Below are positions 56,337 through 64,000 of a stretch of DNA of 64,000 nucleotides, one piece after another. How positions within the stretch are numbered: the first letter of the stretch is position 1; every line of letters starts with the position of its first letter. Source of the DNA: Pseudomonas phage vB_PaeM_GXNNA8; sequence record PV400810.1, one strand, 5' to 3'. Under the pieces are notes generated by a model that was not told the DNA's origin, did not search any database, and was given only the letters and a program-made list of their open reading frames with translations. The position numbers and the translations under genes were made by a program.

Positions 56337-57422
56337 TTACAGCCCGAAGACACCATTAAAGGCTTTCTGGAGCTTTACACTGTCTTCAATGATGTTAGTA
56401 ATGCATTTACCACATTTAACCAGGAAGTTCATGATCTTGCGGAGTTCATCCAACGCTGCTTGAGTCGCTTTGGTATCACCTCCACCTTTAGCCACCTCAG
56501 CCAATTGCTGTTCGACGGTCTTAATCATGTCAGCCATTTTGCTGCGAACACTCTGTACAGCCTGAGCAGCATTCTTAAAGGTATCGATCTCTTTAATAAC
56601 ACCGTTCATGACGTTGTGAACAGCCGTCAGGTCTTTGACGTCTTTCACTCGACTCAGCTGCTCGGTAGACTGATAGACATTGGTGCGGAGGAGTTTCATG
56701 GAGTCCGTTACCCGCATCAGGTTTTCATTCAGGGTTTCCCGGGCTTCTTTATCGGCGACATCAATCACACTGACCAAATATTGCTGGGTTTTGATCATCC
56801 GCTCAATGACACCTTGGAGGCGTTTCTTACCCCGAGTGTTGACCTTGGGAAGCTCTCGAGCCAGGGTCTTAACCGCGGCTTTCTTCTCTTCATGGGTAGC
56901 AGAGGTCTTCGCCTGTTTCTCCACCCATTCTTCTGCGTCTACCCCGTCGATCTTAAAGCCAGATTGGGCCTGTTCCTTAACCTGGGCCTTCATGGAGTGC
57001 AGGGCTTCCTGGGTTTCCGCTTCCGTCTTACCCCCGGTCTGAACCACCTCCAGTTTTGTCTGGAGATCATCAATCTCCTTCTTAGCATCCGAGGTCTTCT
57101 GAGAGACATCACGCTTAAAGAAGAAGTCCCAGAGGCTCTTGAACATCTTCACCACGTACTCATACGCGGCTTTAAGGCCTGCGCCGATATTGGCCATAAA
57201 GCCTTCGTTACCGGTCACCGAGTAACCGGGTCGGTTCGCGACGAGTGCGCCTACCAGGTACTGTTGGGAGGCGGTCAGACTTTCCGTACCTGCAACACCC
57301 CGATCCACTTGATCCAGGGTATCGTTAAGCGCATCATACACAATCCCGATGTGAGGGAGATCCGGGATTTCATAACCGTTACCGTCTTCTTCGGTAAGTA
57401 CAACACTGTCCATTGGAAGCAT
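56337..57422 (-). CDS. head/internal-protein-family paralog (GNE|GFMANIGAGLKAAYEYVVKMFKSLWDFFFK)
   Basis: Shares the N-terminal motif. Coiled-coil rich. Confidence 0.55.
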   Translation of the reverse strand: MLPMDSVVLTEEDGNGYEIPDLPHIGIVYDALNDTLDQVDRGVAGTESLTASQQYLVGALVANRPGYSVTGNEGFMANIGAGLKAAYEYVVKMFKSLWDFFFKRDVSQKTSDAKKEIDDLQTKLEVVQTGGKTEAETQEALHSMKAQVKEQAQSGFKIDGVDAEEWVEKQAKTSATHEEKKAAVKTLARELPKVNTRGKKRLQGVIERMIKTQQYLVSVIDVADKEARETLNENLMRVTDSMKLLRTNVYQSTEQLSRVKDVKDLTAVHNVMNGVIKEIDTFKNAAQAVQSVRSKMADMIKTVEQQLAEVAKGGGDTKATQAALDELRKIMNFLVKCGKCITNIIEDSVKLQKAFNGVFGL

Positions 57423-57448
57423 TCCTTGGATAAAGAGTCTAAGGGAAA

Positions 57449-58057
57449 TTAAACGTTTTGCAGCTTATTAAAGTACTGGGTGACGTTCTCTTTGCCCTTA
57501 CGAGGAAGATCGCGGATAGCCGTTCCCAGATCAATGATGCGGTTAAGACGATGACGAGCTTCCCAGTTACCCGCGATGAACGTCAGGAAGGTCATGTAGG
57601 TGTGATAGAGTTTAACGTTCTCCATCGGGTACTCCTTACGGAGTTTGTAGGTAAAGCGGAATGCTGTACCGTTGGCAAAGATTTCCCGGTTCTCCCGGAT
57701 AACCGCCAACAGGTAGTCAGTAACGATGACGTACTGGGGAAACGGAAGGGTCAGCGTAGAACCAATGATCTCGATAAAGGAGGTTTGTTCATCCTCCCGT
57801 TCACTATCACTGGTGAAACCTTTCTTACCGGCCAGGTAGGTCAGGTGACGGTCAATCCGTTCTTTCATGATATCCGTGACCGCAGTACCTTTACCATTGA
57901 CCATTTGGCCAATGCCAATACGGAGAGGTACGGGTTCGAATTTAGCACCCTGGGCCTTAGCCACCGTATTGGGGATGGAAGGCGTAGGTTGGGTCTTCGG
58001 ACTTTCTTCTTTCTTACCGAGGTCATCGACCTCAGGTGCTTTGTAATCGTTGGACAT
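57449..58057 (-). CDS. hypothetical protein (~202 aa)
   Basis: Track ORF is 57449..58117. I prefer the ATG at 58057 because the hairpin at 58122-58150 sits immediately upstream of 58117. Confidence 0.45.
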   Translation of the reverse strand: MSNDYKAPEVDDLGKKEESPKTQPTPSIPNTVAKAQGAKFEPVPLRIGIGQMVNGKGTAVTDIMKERIDRHLTYLAGKKGFTSDSEREDEQTSFIEIIGSTLTLPFPQYVIVTDYLLAVIRENREIFANGTAFRFTYKLRKEYPMENVKLYHTYMTFLTFIAGNWEARHRLNRIIDLGTAIRDLPRKGKENVTQYFNKLQNV

Positions 58058-58121
58058 TAGGAGGGCCCTTTTCAGTTGGACAGCGGTATAGAGACGAGGT
58101 GTCACCATGTATGTCATAAGA

Positions 58122-58150
58122 TAACCTGGGGGCTCTAAGCCCCCAGGTTA
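58122..58150 (-). terminator. hairpin TAACCTGGGGGC-tctaa-GCCCCCAGGTTA
   Basis: 12-bp stem between minus-strand genes. Confidence 0.5.
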
Positions 58151-58159
58151 CCCATTCTC

Positions 58160-58534
58160 TTAACGAAGTTTAGACAATTGATCTAGTAATGCATCCATAG
58201 AAACCGACTCCGAGGCGGTTCGTTTACCCCCACTCTTCGCCTGTTTCTCTTCCTCTTCCTTCAGATGTTCTTTCTCCATTACCAACCGTTTTTCCCGTCC
58301 CTTTTGAACGGCCTTAATCAACGTGTCTGCACAGTTAGCGGGCAATTCCAAGTAATCCTTTAAGGGCAGGTATTCATCCAGCCGAAAAGTCCCGTAATAC
58401 TCTCCTATGCTCTCATACGAGAAGGGGTGGTAATATCGGACTTCAGACGGAAAGAACTTAATCGATTGGTGAGGGGGGAGATTACGGGGTGAGACATATC
58501 CCATGTTGATGTCATGCAACGCTTGGTTGTTCAA
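58160..58534 (-). CDS. hypothetical protein (124 aa)
   Basis: ORF. Confidence 0.5.
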   Translation of the reverse strand: MNNQALHDINMGYVSPRNLPPHQSIKFFPSEVRYYHPFSYESIGEYYGTFRLDEYLPLKDYLELPANCADTLIKAVQKGREKRLVMEKEHLKEEEEKQAKSGGKRTASESVSMDALLDQLSKLR

Positions 58535-58629
58535 CAGGATAGTCTCTTCCTTGAGACCACTGAGATCTTGCTTCTGGAGGTTTAAGTAAACCGCCGAGAA
58601 CTCCGGATTGTGAATCGCTTTACCGCCAA

Positions 58630-60354
58630 TCAGGAGAGGGCTTCGTTGTTTACCTTTTGACGCTCCATCGCCAGATTCATCAACATCAGCTGGGAATGGA
58701 TAAAAAAACTCATAAAGGCATCGATCGGGGTATACCCGAGTTTACGATCTTCTTGGTGAGCATCCGACTCCGTACCGCACTTCGGACACACGAAGTTACG
58801 GACACCAATAAAGGTCCGGGTCAGATAAGGCGCCTTATTGTAGACGAACAACACCAAGTTCTTATTCATCACCTCATCGGTCAGCAGGGAGTCCATAAGG
58901 CCTTTATTGAACTCGTTAGGGTCTTCCTTGGCTCGTTTAATGACCTGGGGTTCACTGTCTTCGCCCGGAGGTGGCATAATAGCGAACTCTTCCACCCAGT
59001 GCATGTACTCCGCTCCACTCAAGCTGTTAAGCAGAAGGAGACGTTGCTCTTCCAGGTCTTGTTCCGTGTTGACCTTGTTGCTAATATCCGCCAACTGCTT
59101 ATCCACCCGCCCTACGAAATAGTCGAAGGTAGCGAAGGCATCCGACAGACTGGGAGGTCCTACTTTCAGACGAATGGACTGATCCTCGTTGTACACGTAC
59201 CGATTGTCCATCCCGTAGGTGGACTGTTCGATCATCTTGAGGATTTCATCAACGGTGTGTTGTTCACGCCCACTGAAGATATTACCAAAGAAAGCGGCTT
59301 CTTCATCGGTTTCAATCGACGGACGGCGCTGCACCAACTTAGTCGGATCGATGAGATCGAACTGATACCAGTCACAGCTGGGGTTCATGCAGCGGAGGTC
59401 CATTTGGACGCCGTCATCCGTAATCGACGCCAAGAGACCTGCACAGATCACCGGCATGTCCGTAATACGGATCACCTTGCTGAGGTCATCGAAATCCGCC
59501 AGGCCTTTGACACTGCTGCTGACCAAACGGGGCTTCAACCAATCCCAGATCTCAATATACCCCGCAATGTAAGACAACGCCATGGCGTTCCCACCGACCC
59601 GCCGTACATACCCCCGAATACGGCGGTTAATGTTGTTGATGAGATCAGCGACTTCCAGTTTCTGAGGACGTTCCCACGTAATACTCAGGAACGAATTACG
59701 CAGCAGTTGGTTATACTGGTATACACCCCCCGACGAACGAATGGTCGAGCGAATCATGCGATCTGCAATACTCAACCCTTTCTTATTCACTGACGGGGTC
59801 TTACCCACGATATCGGTCGTGGTGAGTTTATCACACCGGCGCGAGGCGTTGGTAATATTCTCTTCCCGCACCATGCGGGTACGAAGTTGGAGGTTCTCCT
59901 GAAGACTGTTCATGAACTTGAACAGATCACTAGCGGTCTTCTCCAACTCATTGGGATTCACATCCGGGTAGTTCTCTTGAACAAAGGCATCCCAGTCTTG
60001 CTTAGCCGATGCAAAGACTGTTGGGGAAACCTCCCCTACCTTATTCAATTCTTTGAACGTGTTCCATGCACTCCAGTTGGTAATCAGTTCAGCCGCTTTC
60101 TCATTCTCTTCTTTACCAACCCCCAGGAAGATACTGGTGAACCCCTTAGCTCGATCGTCTTCAACCAGTTCTTTGGTAATGGGGTTGAGCGGCTCCACCA
60201 CCTCCTTCATGGGTGTATTCTGAGGCGTGTGGGTATCCATGAAGCCAAAGTGGCTGGAAGGCTCCGTTTTGGGAATCGTTTGTTCAACGGCTTTGCTCAA
60301 CTCCGAAGGGGGAGTCAGTTCAGGGTTTTCGTTCGGGGTTACATTCTCAGACAT
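58630..60354 (-). CDS. hypothetical protein (574 aa) with ~60-aa disordered Pro/Thr/Glu-rich N-terminus and Cys clusters (C..C....CPKCG)
   Basis: Long ORF. Possible Zn-ribbon near the C-terminus. Confidence 0.55.
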   Translation of the reverse strand: MSENVTPNENPELTPPSELSKAVEQTIPKTEPSSHFGFMDTHTPQNTPMKEVVEPLNPITKELVEDDRAKGFTSIFLGVGKEENEKAAELITNWSAWNTFKELNKVGEVSPTVFASAKQDWDAFVQENYPDVNPNELEKTASDLFKFMNSLQENLQLRTRMVREENITNASRRCDKLTTTDIVGKTPSVNKKGLSIADRMIRSTIRSSGGVYQYNQLLRNSFLSITWERPQKLEVADLINNINRRIRGYVRRVGGNAMALSYIAGYIEIWDWLKPRLVSSSVKGLADFDDLSKVIRITDMPVICAGLLASITDDGVQMDLRCMNPSCDWYQFDLIDPTKLVQRRPSIETDEEAAFFGNIFSGREQHTVDEILKMIEQSTYGMDNRYVYNEDQSIRLKVGPPSLSDAFATFDYFVGRVDKQLADISNKVNTEQDLEEQRLLLLNSLSGAEYMHWVEEFAIMPPPGEDSEPQVIKRAKEDPNEFNKGLMDSLLTDEVMNKNLVLFVYNKAPYLTRTFIGVRNFVCPKCGTESDAHQEDRKLGYTPIDAFMSFFIHSQLMLMNLAMERQKVNNEALS

Positions 60355-60366
60355 ACAAACAGTCCC

Positions 60367-61236
60367 TTACTGGGGGTTAATGACAGGATCGTTGGAAATA
60401 GCGATGAATTCACCGACCTCTTCCTTCTCAGGGAAGGGGAGGTTATCACCCGGGATCTCTTCAGGGGAATCTGGGAGTTCCTGCTCCAGGGTGTGCAATT
60501 CGTTAAAGACGTCATTCAGCCGGCTCTCACCGTACAGCTGTTGGATAACCGTAATACGTTCACTGTGAAGTTGACACATGTAATCGTAGACAGACAGGCC
60601 TTCAGGTTTGTGTTCAACGGCATAGGCTTCGATCAGATCGCCCTGTTGGGTAATGATAGCCAGAACCGGTTCCCCAAACTCCTCACTGAGGGCTGCCATG
60701 ACATCAGCCAGGTTAAGGACGACTTCAAAGTAATCCTCGGGTTGTTGACCCGCTTCATGCAGGGTCGTGACGACTGAGACATCTTCCGCAAACTCCACCA
60801 CTTTGCGTTCGTAGTTCTCCAGTAAGGTACGGTCGTCCTCACTGATATCGAAGCGGTGTTCTTCAACCAGACGGTTGTACACGATCACCCCACTGTGGAG
60901 CTTAATGGTGACGGTAATCATGTCGTTGATGGCATTGAGGAGTTCTTCCCCACTGAAGAGCTGGGGGATGTCCTCATCACCCGTCAGCTTCATCTGTTCA
61001 GCCAGCTCAGCCAGACGTTGACGGTTATTAATAAGGTCACGCACCGAGAAGGCTTTGTTTTCACCCCTGACCTTATCGTACAAGGCATCTTTACTCAGGA
61101 CCTCCCCCTGGTAGCCTTTACCAAAGTCCTGTCGGAGGTAAGCGTCCTGGATGTTCTTAGCCCGTTGTTTTTGTTTACTCACTTGCTTGCGCTTATTGAG
61201 TTTCTTAACCCGACGCTGTTGCTGTTTAGTCGACAT
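60367..61236 (-). CDS. hypothetical protein with highly basic N-terminus (KKLNKRKQVSKQKQRAKN), possible nucleic-acid binding
   Basis: 289-aa ORF. Confidence 0.5.
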   Translation of the reverse strand: MSTKQQQRRVKKLNKRKQVSKQKQRAKNIQDAYLRQDFGKGYQGEVLSKDALYDKVRGENKAFSVRDLINNRQRLAELAEQMKLTGDEDIPQLFSGEELLNAINDMITVTIKLHSGVIVYNRLVEEHRFDISEDDRTLLENYERKVVEFAEDVSVVTTLHEAGQQPEDYFEVVLNLADVMAALSEEFGEPVLAIITQQGDLIEAYAVEHKPEGLSVYDYMCQLHSERITVIQQLYGESRLNDVFNELHTLEQELPDSPEEIPGDNLPFPEKEEVGEFIAISNDPVINPQ

Positions 61237-61251
61237 ATGCTATGATTCCCT

Positions 61252-62181
61252 TTGGAAACGCACTTTACGAGAGTTAACCCAATGATTATTGAGCATGAAG
61301 AATCTGTTACCCTGGAAGAGGGCGTGTACCTGGCTGACACCCTGGTAGGGGGTCTCTGGTCAGAACTCCGGAACACCATACCCGCCAATCAGGCTAAAGA
61401 ATTGGACGAATCGTTTAATTTAATTATGCTCAGTCAACCTGAGTCCTTGATGCCCAGTCAACTGACTGATCTGTTGATTAATGAAGCTTTGGATATCCCG
61501 ACTAAGAAGCATCAGGTGTATTTGATCCTAACGACCAATATAATCGATGTGCTGGAACAGCTAGGGTTCGTTTTCAATCACGATTTCCTGGGTGAAGACA
61601 ACCTCCCTGCTTTAACTCGGTTGTTGTCGTTCTTTATGGAGTTGCAGGAGTACGAAGACCTGATTGGTCTTAAACACGTCTTGGAGGCGTATGACATCCC
61701 CCCTGTGAACCGACTGTTCCTGGTGATGCAACTCTACCTGGGTGAAGACCTCGATCTGTCAGAGTACGAAACCTTTATTGAGGATGTTTCAGAAGTCACC
61801 CTTAAAGCCATTAAGGACGCTCTCTTTAACCCCGAGGAGATTGAGAACGTTCCTACCCCTATTGAACAGCGTATTCGGGCGAATGCAACCCTTATTGAAG
61901 GAACTCTGGCTTTTGAGCACGTTAAGAAGAACGGGCAACTGGGAGGGAGTGTAAAGAGCTTCCTGAGCTTCTACAGACGTAACCTGGAGGTTCTCCTGGC
62001 CCAACAAACGGAAGACAGCACCCTTCAGTATGCCAAGGAGGTCATTGGGTTCTTCCTGGTGTCTGAAATCAATAACGAATGGCTTAAGGATAAGATGACC
62101 CAATACCTCTATTCGGTCATTGAAGACCCTCTGACGTTGACCCGTATTGAAGACCTTATTCAGCGAGTGGAACTCCCATGA
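61252..62181 (+). CDS. hypothetical protein (309 aa; alternative ATG at 61282)
   Basis: TTG start in track. ATGA overlap with the next gene. Confidence 0.5.
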   Translation: METHFTRVNPMIIEHEESVTLEEGVYLADTLVGGLWSELRNTIPANQAKELDESFNLIMLSQPESLMPSQLTDLLINEALDIPTKKHQVYLILTTNIIDVLEQLGFVFNHDFLGEDNLPALTRLLSFFMELQEYEDLIGLKHVLEAYDIPPVNRLFLVMQLYLGEDLDLSEYETFIEDVSEVTLKAIKDALFNPEEIENVPTPIEQRIRANATLIEGTLAFEHVKKNGQLGGSVKSFLSFYRRNLEVLLAQQTEDSTLQYAKEVIGFFLVSEINNEWLKDKMTQYLYSVIEDPLTLTRIEDLIQRVELP

Positions 62182-63479
62182 CTAAACTCGACTACCTTAA
62201 ACTCTTTCTGAATAACCGAGCCTATAACGAAAAGGCGGCTATTCAATCGATTATTACAATTCAGTTTGAAGACGAAGACTCCTCTGGACAGTTCAAGAAA
62301 TACCCCTATGCTGTCTTTGTGGAAAATAATCGGTTCAATGTCGTAGTAGAGGGTTCTACTCATACCGTGAATGGGGAGGTGAATGAACCCCTGTTCTACA
62401 TGGATGAAATCCTGGAACTCCCGGGAGACTTCCATCCCGTGTTGCAAGGTAAAGCGGTCACGACTACCTTTGGACTCTTACTCTTCAACGTTATCCTCTT
62501 CTGGGAATGCTTTGGGAAGACCCAACCCTACCTTAACCAGGAGTTCACCAAACCGGTTATCTTGAAGATCTTGGAAACTCTCATGGTGGATAATCCACCA
62601 CCAGGGGAAGCGGTACCTGAAGGGAAAGCCAGTGTAGACCAGTGTTTGAAGTTCTCCCATAACTGCCAGTTCCTGGAAGGGTTGGGGTCTCACTTCATTA
62701 AACCGGGTGGCGTAGATGCCCTAACGGTGAGTCCTGAGGTCATTAAACTCAGGGATCGTCTCTTTAAAGAGCATAAAGACGAACTCAATGATCCGGTTGT
62801 TGCCACCTCGATTATTGATCAGTGTGTGGCGCTGGACATGAAGATCGTGATGTCTGGTCCTAGTCGTAAGTTCTTTATTGCAAAGAAGTTTATCGACAAC
62901 TCGCGTAAACGGATGTTCATTTCCTTCGGTATTGAACCCAATGCCTCAGGAGACGGCTGGGTACTACTCCCTAACTCCCTGGCAGAGGGTTGGGATCCGA
63001 ACTTCTTGGCGGACTACATTAATACGGCCGTAGAGGGCTCTTACAGCCGTTCTATGTCCACCGGTGAAGGTGGGGCTAGGGTTAAGGAAACGTTGCGTCT
63101 AATAGGCCGTACGGCCGTTAGCGAGGATATCGTGGATTGCGGTACTCCGGTGACCGAAACCGTTACGATCCTACCAACCAATAAAGGATACTGGGTAGGA
63201 TCGTGGATCCAGGATGGGAAAGTCCTGATACAGCTCACCGCTGAAAACCTGGATCGTTACGTTAATAAGCCCGTACAAGCCAGAGTCCCTCAGTTCTGTA
63301 CCCTAAAGGACGGTTACTATTGTAAGACCTGTTGTGGGGAAGGTCTAGGAGCCTTAGGGCATCGTCTCAGCTCTGAGGTGGTCTTGATTCCTACTCGCTT
63401 CATGCTAGCTCGTATGAAGGCCCATCACACTGCAGGGAGTAAAACGAACCTGCTGGATTTGGAAGTAGCGCTTAAATAA
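62178..63479 (+). CDS. hypothetical protein (433 aa), Cys-rich C-terminal segment (CTLKDGYYCKTCCGEG)
   Basis: ORF followed by the hairpin at 63499-63532. Confidence 0.55.
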   Translation: MTKLDYLKLFLNNRAYNEKAAIQSIITIQFEDEDSSGQFKKYPYAVFVENNRFNVVVEGSTHTVNGEVNEPLFYMDEILELPGDFHPVLQGKAVTTTFGLLLFNVILFWECFGKTQPYLNQEFTKPVILKILETLMVDNPPPGEAVPEGKASVDQCLKFSHNCQFLEGLGSHFIKPGGVDALTVSPEVIKLRDRLFKEHKDELNDPVVATSIIDQCVALDMKIVMSGPSRKFFIAKKFIDNSRKRMFISFGIEPNASGDGWVLLPNSLAEGWDPNFLADYINTAVEGSYSRSMSTGEGGARVKETLRLIGRTAVSEDIVDCGTPVTETVTILPTNKGYWVGSWIQDGKVLIQLTAENLDRYVNKPVQARVPQFCTLKDGYYCKTCCGEGLGALGHRLSSEVVLIPTRFMLARMKAHHTAGSKTNLLDLEVALK

Positions 63480-63498
63480 ACCGAAAATAACACCCTAA

Positions 63499-63532
63499 AC
63501 CCCTTCCTCTCCGATTAGGGAGAGGAAGGGGG
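63499..63532. terminator. bidirectional hairpin CCCCTTCCTCTCC-gatta-GGGAGAGGAAGGGG
   Basis: Between convergent 62178..63479 (+) and 63545.. (-). TATTTCGG follows. Confidence 0.6.
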
Positions 63533-63544
63533 GGGGTATTTCGG

Positions 63545-63988
63545 TTATGATGTTAAGAGTTCTTGAGTCCAGGAATACCCTCCACTGGAACGAGTTAATC
63601 CCAAGATGTTGTTACGTATTGCGTTGATGTTAAACCCTTTCGCCTTAGCCTCCGCAGGGCTGTGAATAACGATCGTCTCACCGGTCTTTAGATTCGTTCC
63701 AATAAACCGGTACTTGATCCAAGGGGAAACATCCTTGAGTTCTTTAACAATCTCTTCAGGAATGCTGTGAGGAAGGTTCTGGATATCCTCTTCACTGGCA
63801 AAACACCATTCGCAGTTCCCATGTGACTTCAGGTTACTATTAGCAGCATTACTAACGGCTGCTTGGTCAAATCCATACTCTTCTAGATTTCTTCCTCCAA
63901 AGAGTACAAACTCGTAACCAATATGGTTCCCTCTGATCACTTTACCCTTAACAGGTTTGGTATCCCGATGTTCCTTACCAGACACCAT
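63545..63988 (-). CDS. hypothetical protein (147 aa; may extend beyond window end)
   Basis: ORF at the window edge. Contains HGNCEWC. Confidence 0.4.
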   Translation of the reverse strand: MVSGKEHRDTKPVKGKVIRGNHIGYEFVLFGGRNLEEYGFDQAAVSNAANSNLKSHGNCEWCFASEEDIQNLPHSIPEEIVKELKDVSPWIKYRFIGTNLKTGETIVIHSPAEAKAKGFNINAIRNNILGLTRSSGGYSWTQELLTS

Positions 63989-64000
63989 AAGACCTGTGTC

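Noticed and set aside
7298-63532. CCCTACC hairpins as a CRISPR array
   Set aside because: Each element is an individual palindrome, not a direct repeat. The elements are separated by whole genes rather than short uniform spacers. Only two copies are identical.

Overview
This window reads as a dense, mostly minus-strand block of a large (jumbo-type) dsDNA phage genome. By eye GC is about 50%. There are about 65 tightly packed or overlapping CDS, one tRNA and no rRNA, CRISPR, integrase or transposase. Most proteins have no motif I can recognise and are called hypothetical. CDS coordinates come from the supplied ORF track, with a few start codons refined by arithmetic from the track. Coordinates I derived myself (tRNA, hairpins, motifs) are approximate to within 1-2 nt. 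Calls I can support from sequence: (1) a ~741-aa putative major capsid protein (24573..26798, -) with several G/A-x-E sites in its N-terminal ~150 aa, as in phiKZ/SPN3US-type capsids. (2) A cluster (37023..45148, plus 51062..52579 and 56337..57422) of alpha-helical paralogs sharing a G-x-E|GF(I/M) motif, which I read as protease-processed head/internal proteins. (3) A replication module with a DnaB-like SF4 helicase (27452..28984, +), a ParB-like nuclease-domain protein (29050..29409, -) and an unusual 315-bp non-coding region (31005..31320) carrying a GATC cluster, a polypyrimidine/polypurine mirror tract and inverted repeats, which I read as a candidate origin or regulatory hub. (4) A family-B-like 3'-5' exonuclease/polymerase N-terminal fragment (54475..56280, +), suggesting a split DNA polymerase. 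(5) An M48/HtpX-like HEXXH membrane metalloprotease (53029..54390, -). (6) tRNA-Thr(CGU) at about 12329..12404 (-). (7) A 13-unit octapeptide beta-solenoid repeat protein resembling ice-nucleation/Hep_Hag repeats (8536..9519, -). (8) A pair of ~265-aa paralogs flanking two small genes (13376..15998). (9) A recurrent family of GC-rich hairpins built on a CCCTACC...GGTAGGG core, sitting at nearly every convergent gene junction. The plus-strand gene islands (4307-7279, 27452-28984, 46276-50279, 54475-56280, 61252-63479) are each bounded by these hairpins.
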